DNA of 32,000 nucleotides, taken from positions 3,180,001 to 3,212,000 of the forward strand of contig OZ245049.1 in assembly GCA_965224465.1 (NCBI GenBank), read 5' to 3'. The translations under genes and the position numbers were made by a program. This DNA comes from Flavobacteriaceae bacterium (GTDB lineage Bacteria; Bacteroidota; Bacteroidia; Flavobacteriales; Flavobacteriaceae). The notes below the pieces were generated by a model, which saw nothing but the letters and a program-made list of their open reading frames with translations, was not told where the DNA came from and did not search any database. Shown here one piece after another: positions 9,123-15,213 of the stretch; the first letter of the stretch is position 1; the number at the start of each line of letters is the position of its first letter.

Positions 9123-9932
9123 ATGAAAAATTTATGTGAATTGAAAATATCAACAGGAATTGTTGATGGTTTTCATAGGTTGATGAATCCTTATTTTACA
9201 GTACCATTTGGTTTGCTGCGTTTTGATGCTAGAACTCCTCATGATCCTTGGTTGCGTTATATGATTAGAAGTTCATCCCCCGGAATATTGGCGGGAGACG
9301 TTTACGACATGATAATAAACGTAGATAAAAACACGACTCTTGGCTTAGAAACACAAGCGTATCAACGAATTTATGAAATGAACGAAGGAGGCAAAGCAGT
9401 GCAAAAAATGACAGTGACAGTTCAAGATAATGGGTTCTTACATTATATTCCGCACCCTTTAGTCCCTCATAAAGACTCCGACTATGCTGCCAGTAATACA
9501 ATTCATTTAAAAAGTTCTTCACAACTAATTTGGGGGGAAGTAATTACTTGTGGAAGAAAACTGTATGGTGAGGTATTTGATTTTAAAAAATTTATAAACC
9601 ACACGGAGATCTTTGTAGATAAACAACTTATTTTTAAAGATAAAATACTGTTTGAACCAAAAAAAACGGATGTTTCTGGTTTAGGTCAGTTAGAAGGGTA
9701 CACCCATCAGGCAACACTGTTTTCTTATAGCGAAAATCTTAATTCGGAGTTGATTTATGATTTTTTATTAGCAAGTATTAAAGAGGAAGAAGAGGTTGAA
9801 TATGGTATGAGTACTACTTTACGTGGAGGTGTTATTATTCGGATAGTTGGCAATAGTGGAGAGCAATTATATCATTTAATTAAACAGATAGAAAATCGAA
9901 TTTTGGAGGTTTCTATTCCTGAATTAGTATAA
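9123..9932 (+). CDS. ureD: Urease accessory protein UreD/UreH
   Basis: 269 aa. SSPGILAGDVYD...TQAYQRIY pattern, and its position after ureG. Confidence 0.8.
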   Translation: MKNLCELKISTGIVDGFHRLMNPYFTVPFGLLRFDARTPHDPWLRYMIRSSSPGILAGDVYDMIINVDKNTTLGLETQAYQRIYEMNEGGKAVQKMTVTVQDNGFLHYIPHPLVPHKDSDYAASNTIHLKSSSQLIWGEVITCGRKLYGEVFDFKKFINHTEIFVDKQLIFKDKILFEPKKTDVSGLGQLEGYTHQATLFSYSENLNSELIYDFLLASIKEEEEVEYGMSTTLRGGVIIRIVGNSGEQLYHLIKQIENRILEVSIPELV

Positions 9933-9937
9933 TTATT

Positions 9938-10642
9938 ATGGAGTATTCTTTTCCTTTTATTGCGGGTGTCTTAGCGGCTGTTTTACATGTTATTTCTGGT
10001 CCAGATCACCTCGCTGCGGTTGCGCCATTTGCTATAGAAAGAGTAAAAAAGGCATGGAAAGTAGGTCTTTTATGGGGGCTAGGGCATTTGTCTGGAATGC
10101 TTTTGATAGGGCTGTTGTTTTTAGTTTTTAAAGACGTGATTCCAATTGAGAAAATTTCTAAGCATAGCGAAAAACTTGTTGGTTTTGTGCTTATTTTATT
10201 AGGTGTTTGGATTTTGACTAAAATCTTTATATCTAATAAAAAAAGGCATAAGCATGTTCATGTACATGTAAAAGGTGCCCCAGCAATTCATAAGCATGAG
10301 CACTCTCATTATGCGAATGATGTACATATCCATGATCATAAAGAAATTAAAAAAGGCAATGTGACTACTTTTTTTGTGGGTCTTGTTCACGGGTTGGCAG
10401 GGATTGCACATTTTTTAATTTTCCTGCCAGTTATTGGATTTGTATCCAAAATAGATTCCATAAAATACATCCTTGGTTTTGGTGTGGGAACCCTTTTAGC
10501 TATGACCTCTTTTGCAATTGTGATGGGGCGTATTGCTGCGTATTCAAAAAAAGATCACAATCATTCTGTTTTTCAAGGGATTCGTATTGCAAGTGCAGTT
10601 TTTGCGTTTTTGTTCGGGATATACTGGGTCTTGGTTAATTAA
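9938..10642 (+). CDS. Putative nickel permease (HupE/UreJ or UreH type) with a histidine-rich loop
   Basis: 234 aa, about 6 TM segments. TM1 motif HVISGPDHLAAV resembles the H-x-x-x-G-x-DH signature of secondary Ni transporters. The central loop KKRHKHVHVHVKGAPAIHKHEHSHYANDVHIHDHKE is rich in histidine. Confidence 0.7.
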   Translation: MEYSFPFIAGVLAAVLHVISGPDHLAAVAPFAIERVKKAWKVGLLWGLGHLSGMLLIGLLFLVFKDVIPIEKISKHSEKLVGFVLILLGVWILTKIFISNKKRHKHVHVHVKGAPAIHKHEHSHYANDVHIHDHKEIKKGNVTTFFVGLVHGLAGIAHFLIFLPVIGFVSKIDSIKYILGFGVGTLLAMTSFAIVMGRIAAYSKKDHNHSVFQGIRIASAVFAFLFGIYWVLVN

Positions 10643-10728
10643 CAAAGCTCTTGAGGAAAATAAGTTAAAAATAAATAGTTAGAATCAAGAGTGCCTTCAG
10701 GTACTATTGATTGACAGTTACGTATTAT

Positions 10729-10736
10729 TAAATTTG
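10729..10736 (+). promoter_or_regulatory. -7 box TAAATTTG upstream of the porin gene
   Basis: Exact TAnnTTTG 12 nt before the ATG at 10749, which would give a very short leader. Confidence 0.3.
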
Positions 10737-10748
10737 AAATTCACACTT

Positions 10749-11933
10749 ATGAAAAAACAATTTTTAACAGTATTAGTTGTAATATTTGCAACAGTACAAT
10801 TTGGTTATGGCCAAGATAGGAAAGAAGAAAAATCAGTTGCAGTTAACTGGGGAGGATACGTGAAAGCGGATTTTATCTATGATACCCGCCATACTTCAGA
10901 TGCGAGAGAAGGAAATTTTTTAGTATATCCAGCACCAGAAGTTTTTGTAGATGGAAGGGATGTCAATGACGAAGCTAGTTTTAATGGATATGCGATTGAG
11001 TCTCGGTTGAATGCATCTGTTAAGGGGCCTGATTTTTTCGGAATGAAAACTTTTGGATTCATTGAAGGTCATTTTTTCGGAAACCGTGGAGATGATATTA
11101 ATGGTTTCAGTTTAAGGCATGCTTTTTTAAAGTTATCGAATGATAAAGTGGATATTTTAATTGGTCAATATTGGCATCCGACCTTTGTTACAAATGTATC
11201 TCCTGGTACTTATGGTTTCAATGCAGGTGTTCCATATCAGGCATTTAATAGAAGTCCACAAATTCGTGTCTCTACAAAAGGAAATGTGAGGTTTATTGGA
11301 GTTATTTTGACAGAAAGAGATTTTCAAACAGCGGGTAGAGCGAGTGTAAGGTATGCTGCTTTGCCAACTTTACATGCGCAGCTACAGGTTGGTAGTGATT
11401 TAGGTTTCTTAGGTGGTTTTGGGATAAATGTAAAAACTGTTGATACCAAACCCGGATTTAATGAAAACCTAACAAGTATGTCTGTTTTAGCTTATGCAAA
11501 GGCACAATTAAGCGATAATATTACATGGAAATTACAGGGACTCTATGGAGGGAATATGACAGAGCTTATTCAAGCAGGTGGTTATGGATTAGATATGAAC
11601 AATGATCCAATTGCTAATAAAACACTATCGGTTTGGACGGAGTTTAGTGGGGATTTTACAAACACCGTAGAATGGGGTCTGTTTGCTGGCTATAGTGTGG
11701 ATAATGGCTATGGAGAGCAAGTTGTGGTCGTCCAAAATTCGTCCGTAGAGAGTTCGTATAGAATTTCGCCTAGAATTGGATGGAAATCTGGAAAAGTAAG
11801 GTTAGGGATAGAATTAGATTATTCGGAAGCTCAATATGGGAAGGTAAATCCTACCACAGGAGATTTTGATACTACAGGTATAAAGAGTGTTGGGAACTTT
11901 AGAACAGCTTTGTCTGCGAAGTACAGCTTTTAA
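10749..11933 (+). CDS. Outer-membrane beta-barrel porin-like protein
   Basis: Start taken at MKKQFLTVLVVIFATVQFGYGQ (signal peptide; the track start at 10707 adds 14 unlikely residues). Alternating beta-strand pattern with a C-terminal ...SAKYSF. Confidence 0.7.
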   Translation: MKKQFLTVLVVIFATVQFGYGQDRKEEKSVAVNWGGYVKADFIYDTRHTSDAREGNFLVYPAPEVFVDGRDVNDEASFNGYAIESRLNASVKGPDFFGMKTFGFIEGHFFGNRGDDINGFSLRHAFLKLSNDKVDILIGQYWHPTFVTNVSPGTYGFNAGVPYQAFNRSPQIRVSTKGNVRFIGVILTERDFQTAGRASVRYAALPTLHAQLQVGSDLGFLGGFGINVKTVDTKPGFNENLTSMSVLAYAKAQLSDNITWKLQGLYGGNMTELIQAGGYGLDMNNDPIANKTLSVWTEFSGDFTNTVEWGLFAGYSVDNGYGEQVVVVQNSSVESSYRISPRIGWKSGKVRLGIELDYSEAQYGKVNPTTGDFDTTGIKSVGNFRTALSAKYSF

Positions 11934-11964
11934 TATTTAGAGAGCTTTGTAAATTTATTGAAAA

Positions 11965-11988
11965 GGAATCGGAAGATTCCTTTTTTTT
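11965..11988 (+). terminator. Intrinsic terminator after the porin gene
   Basis: GGAATC-GGAA-GATTCC followed by T8. Confidence 0.7.
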
Positions 11989-12067
11989 ATGCCTTAATTT
12001 TAAAGGTATTCCTAAAGGACTGTTTAGGAATCAATACCGAATCGAGTATAGACTTGGTTTTTGTCTC

Positions 12068-12120
12068 GTTTAGATGGAGCATATTAGAGTAGCCGTAGCT
12101 GCCGTTCTGGTTTTAAGAAC
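12068..12120 (+). repeat. Degenerate central fragment of the foldback repeat
   Basis: TTTAGATGGAGC...GTAGCCGTAGCTGCCGTTCTGGTTTTAAGAAC resembles TTTTAGCTAGGCG...ATAGTGTAGCTATCGTTCTGTTTTTCAACAAC. Confidence 0.45.
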
Positions 12121-12190
12121 AAATAAAGGGAAGACTTGAATAAATGTATAGTAATAATAGGGAACTACTTTATGGATGCGTCTTATTCTT

Positions 12191-12350
12191 ATACCAAATA
12201 CATTTCCAAGAGACGGTTTAGAAATGGAATTATTTTTTATTTTAGCTAGGCGAAAAAAAGAAGGATAGTGTAGCTATCGTTCTGTTTTTCAACAACGCTA
12301 GAAGGTAAAATAAACTATTTATATCGGTTATTTTGGATTGTAATTGGTAT
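12191..12350 (+). repeat. ~160-nt foldback repeat, copy A (full)
   Basis: ATACCAAATACATTTCCAAGAGACGG...TTTTGGATTGTAATTGGTAT. Differs from copy B at only about 7 positions. Confidence 0.95.
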
Positions 12351-12351
12351 C

Positions 12352-12509
12352 ATACCAACTACATTTCCAAGAGACGGTTTAGAAATGGAATTATTTTTTG
12401 TTTTAGCTAGGCAAAAAAAAGAAGGATAGTGTAGCTATCGTTCTGTTTTTAAACAACGCTAGAAGGTAAAATAAACTATTTATATCGGTTGTTTTGGATT
12501 GTGTGGTAT
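12352..12509 (+). repeat. ~160-nt foldback repeat, copy B (full), 1 nt after copy A
   Basis: ATACCAACTACATTTCCAAGAGACGG...TTTTGGATTGTGTGGTAT. Confidence 0.95.
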
Positions 12510-12724
12510 TATTTATCAATACAGACTAATTTATTAAGAGGTGTCTTTTACATGTCAAAACCACAAGGACTCATTTTGCTTAAACACATTTCAACTTGTC
12601 ATCGCTGTCTATAGTTATGGTTTTGTTTTATAGACAAAAAAAACCAAAAGGATTGGTTCAATCTAATGTGTAGCGTTTTTTTAAGTGCTAAAGGTTTTGG
12701 TTGCGTTTGAAATAGGGATAGGAA

Positions 12725-12757
12725 ATACCAATTGTGGAATGTTTTGTAATTGGGATA
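12725..12757 (+). repeat. Miniature version: 5'-terminus-like and 3'-terminus-like sequences with almost no interior
   Basis: ATACCAATTGTGGAATGTTTTGTAATTGGGATA. ATACCAATT.. matches the 5' end and TTTTG.TAATTGG.AT matches the 3' end. Confidence 0.5.
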
Positions 12758-12775
12758 AGGAAGTCTATAGAAAAA

Positions 12776-12814
12776 GAGTCTGTTTTAAAAGCACGGTGCT
12801 TTTAAAACAGACTC
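12776..12814 (-). terminator. Long perfect hairpin downstream of the MFS transporter stop
   Basis: GAGTCTGTTTTAAAAGCAC / GTGCTTTTAAAACAGACTC, with T5 following on the minus strand and an A-run on the other side. Confidence 0.6.
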
Positions 12815-12856
12815 TCGAGAAAAAAAGTGTAAATTATTTTAGGAATAAATAAATTA

Positions 12857-14164
12857 TTAATCCACTATTTCTTCTGGTTTAAATGTAGGTTTCTTTAAAA
12901 ATGCGACTAAAACTACCGATATGAGTATTAATACAATGGCAGCATAATAAGCATAGGTATAAGAACCTGTTGCTGCTTTTACACTCGAGGAGATTTGAGG
13001 ACCAATAATTAAAGAAATTCCCCATCCATAATACACCAATCCGTAGTTAGCTCCGTAGTTTTTTAAACCGAAGTAATCGGCAACAATTGAAGGGGTTACA
13101 CTAAGTGCAGAACCGTAAGCTACACAGGCAACAACAACTCCAAATACTACCAAAGCTGGAGTAGTGTAGAATGGGAATAAGAACATATTTATAGCTGCTA
13201 CCGCATGGATAATATAGTAGGTGTTTTTTCTGCCTATCTTATCCGAAATAATACCACCAGATGCTCTACCAGAAGCATTTGAGATAGAGGCAATAGGAAC
13301 CATTATAGCTAGTAAAGCTGCCACTGTAATAGCGTATTCGCCTGTAGCACCACCTGTTTGGACTTTCATAATATCTGTTACGTTGCTAATGACCAATGCT
13401 CCCGCAGAACAAAAGAATGCATATATTACTAACAGCATCCATGCTTGTGGAGTTTTTGCTACAGTTTTTAAAGCTACACTCGGAGATTTTATTTGAGTCT
13501 CTCTTAAAGGTATAGATTCATCTCTAATAGGTTCTGGTGGTACATATCCTTCTGGAGGGTTTTTTACCATCATTGCCATAGGAAGTCCTATTATTAAAAT
13601 TAAGCCACCTAAGATCATAAGTGTTTGCTCTAGTGTAAAACCTAAGTTTTTCAAGAATAAAACCTCTAATGGGCCTAACCATAAAGCGCCTAAACCAAAT
13701 CCTGCAACCACCAATCCGTTTATCATTCCTTTCTTAGAAGGATGGAACCATTTCATTGCTGCTGGTCGAGGACAAGCATATACGAATCCAATTCCTAAAC
13801 CTACAATACCTCCAAAGGTTATAAAGAAAAAATAGGGAGAATGTGTGGCAAAACCAGAAAGTATAGTTCCGATTCCTACCATACATATTCCTAAAAGCAT
13901 TACTCTTTTTGGTCCAATTTTGTCTTGTAAGGCACCAGCCAGTATGAGTACCATCGCAAATAACATTCCTCCTATTGAATAGGGCAAGCTTAATTGGTCA
14001 ATGGCCCACTCGTGATATAGTCTACTTCCAGTAGCAGGATCTATAGTGTATTCTAGCGCGTCTTTTAAGTTACTCCAAGTATATAAAATACCGACACTAA
14101 AGTTAGATAAGACACCCGCGATGAGTACCATTTTTGCGTTTTTTCGAGCTTCTGTAGCTTCCAT
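12857..14164 (-). CDS. MFS transporter (oxalate/formate-antiporter-like subfamily)
   Basis: 435 aa, 12 predicted TM segments, 6+6 arrangement with a central hydrophilic loop (PPEPIRDESIPLRETQIKS). Confidence 0.75.
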   Translation of the reverse strand: MEATEARKNAKMVLIAGVLSNFSVGILYTWSNLKDALEYTIDPATGSRLYHEWAIDQLSLPYSIGGMLFAMVLILAGALQDKIGPKRVMLLGICMVGIGTILSGFATHSPYFFFITFGGIVGLGIGFVYACPRPAAMKWFHPSKKGMINGLVVAGFGLGALWLGPLEVLFLKNLGFTLEQTLMILGGLILIIGLPMAMMVKNPPEGYVPPEPIRDESIPLRETQIKSPSVALKTVAKTPQAWMLLVIYAFFCSAGALVISNVTDIMKVQTGGATGEYAITVAALLAIMVPIASISNASGRASGGIISDKIGRKNTYYIIHAVAAINMFLFPFYTTPALVVFGVVVACVAYGSALSVTPSIVADYFGLKNYGANYGLVYYGWGISLIIGPQISSSVKAATGSYTYAYYAAIVLILISVVLVAFLKKPTFKPEEIVD

Positions 14165-14238
14165 AAATAATTATTTTAAGTTAATAAGAGATTTTTCAGG
14201 TTTTTAAAGCAGAATTAAATTTTTCACGACGCTATAGT

Positions 14239-14246
14239 CAAAGCTA
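14239..14246 (-). promoter_or_regulatory. -7 box TAGCTTTG (minus strand) upstream of the MFS transporter
   Basis: Exact TAnnTTTG 75 nt before the ATG at 14164. Confidence 0.3.
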
Positions 14247-14410
14247 TAGAGCCGTAAAAAATTTGTTTTAGGCTTATTTTCAATTATCTATGAACAAAGG
14301 AACATACAATATGAGCAGCTCTTAAAAGTGAAGTAATAAATGATGATTTTACCGTGGAAATGTAACTTTTAAGGATCAAAAATGAATCAAGAGACACTGT
14401 TTATTGATGC

Positions 14411-14470
14411 TTATTGATGGGGATCTGTTTTGAGATTGTAATTTAAACGCTGTTAAAGGTGGTGTTTTGT
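14411..14470 (+). repeat. ~60-bp direct repeat X1 flanking copy C (contains a 3'-terminus-like TTTTGAGATTGTAATT)
   Basis: TTATTGATGGGGATCTGTTTTGAGATTGTAATTTAAACGCTGTTAAAGGTGGTGTTTTGT recurs at 14632-14692. Confidence 0.8.
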
Positions 14471-14471
14471 T

Positions 14472-14632
14472 ATCCCAATTAAATTTCCAAGTGAAGGTTT
14501 AGAAATGGAATTATTTTTTGTTTTAGTTAGGTGGAAAATGGAAGGAGAACCTTAGCTATTGTTCTGTTTTTTAACAACACTAGAACGTAAAACAACCTAT
14601 TTATATCGGTCATTTTGAATTGTAATTGGTAT
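14472..14632 (+). repeat. ~160-nt foldback repeat, copy C (full, apical stem degraded)
   Basis: ATCCCAATTAAATTTCCAAGTGAAGG...TTTTGAATTGTAATTGGTAT. Confidence 0.9.
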
Positions 14633-14692
14633 TATTGATGGGCAGCTGTTTTTAGATTGTAATTTAAACACTACTGAAGGAGGTATTTTGTT
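14632..14692 (+). repeat. ~60-bp direct repeat X2 flanking copy C
   Basis: TTATTGATGGGCAGCTGTTTTTAGATTGTAATTTAAACACTACTGAAGGAGGTATTTTGTT. Confidence 0.8.
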
Positions 14693-14760
14693 TAGGCTAA
14701 AAATTAGATGGATTCTCATAGCTGCCCTTCTGTTTTTTAACGACTAAGTCGATTCGTTAG
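14693..14760 (+). repeat. Degenerate central/3' fragment of the foldback repeat following X2
   Basis: TAGGCTAAAAATTAGATGGATTCTCATAGCTGCCCTTCTGTTTTTTAACGACTAAGTCG parallels TAGCTAGGCGAAAA..GGATAG..TAGCTATCGTTCTGTTTTTCAACAACGCTAGAACG. Confidence 0.55.
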
Positions 14761-14920
14761 AATTGTATTTCTCTCTCTGAAATGCTGCTCCCGATAGAAA
14801 ATTAATTTTTGGGAAGTATAAACGTGTACTCTTAAAATGAGTTTGTTGATTTAAGAGTGTCGTTTTTTCCTAAAGTTAGGGAAAGGAATGCACGTTCTGA
14901 TATAGATGAGTTTTCAAGTA

Positions 14921-15080
14921 ATACCAACTATATTTCCAAGTGACGATTTAGAAATGGAAATATTTTTTGTTTTAGCTAGGCGAAAACTGGAAGGATAGCT
15001 CCGCTATCGTTCTGTTTTTCAATAACGCTAGAACGTAAAACAACCTATTTATATCGGTTATTTTGCATTGTAATTAGTCT
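14921..15080 (+). repeat. ~160-nt foldback repeat, copy D (full)
   Basis: ATACCAACTATATTTCCAAGTGACGA...TTTTGCATTGTAATTAGTCT. Confidence 0.9.
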
Positions 15081-15126
15081 AACTGGATAGGAAAGAAATG
15101 CCGGTTGGTTTGAATGCAAGCATCTT

Positions 15127-15157
15127 CTGTTTTATCTAGGAGGAAAAAACGGAGAAG
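15127..15157 (+). repeat. Degenerate central fragment of the foldback repeat
   Basis: CTGTTTTATCTAGGAGGAAAAAACGGAGAAG versus TTGTTTTAGCTAGGCGAAAAAAAGAAGGATAG. Confidence 0.5.
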
Positions 15158-15213
15158 TATTGATGATTGTGCAGTGTTTGGAGCTGCTATAATCCAGTAA
15201 GATGGTACGGTTT

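Noticed and set aside
10707-10748. Upstream start for the porin ORF (MIDSYVLLNLKFTL)
   Set aside because: The typical signal peptide begins at the MKKQF Met at 10749. The extension overlaps the putative -7 box.
12225-12269. Plus-strand 14-aa peptide MELFFVLARRKKEG encoded in the repeat (a type-I-toxin-like idea)
   Set aside because: The start codon is missing in copies E (ATC) and G. The C-terminal half changes freely between copies (ARRKKEG, VRWKMEGEP, VVEMDG). This fits non-coding drift.
12191-12350. Minus-strand mini-ORF inside the foldback repeat (MTDINSLFYVLALLKNRTIATLSFFFSPS in the consensus)
   Set aside because: The ATG (from GGTCAT) is present in only 3 of 7 copies (C and E, plus the 8141 fragment); A, B, D, F and G have ATA, ACA or other codons. 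An indel shifts the frame in E, giving an 18-aa product. It is not conserved as coding.
12636-12658. Orphan minus-strand terminator (AACCAA-TCCTT-TTGGTT plus U-run), suggesting another sRNA between 12660 and 12775
   Set aside because: The stem is only 6 bp with 2 G-C pairs, and no promoter motif is found upstream on that strand. The evidence is too weak.
12191-15080. CRISPR array
   Set aside because: The repeats are ~160 nt rather than 24-48 nt, the spacing is irregular (1 nt to 2 kb), there are no unique spacers of uniform size, and there are no cas genes.
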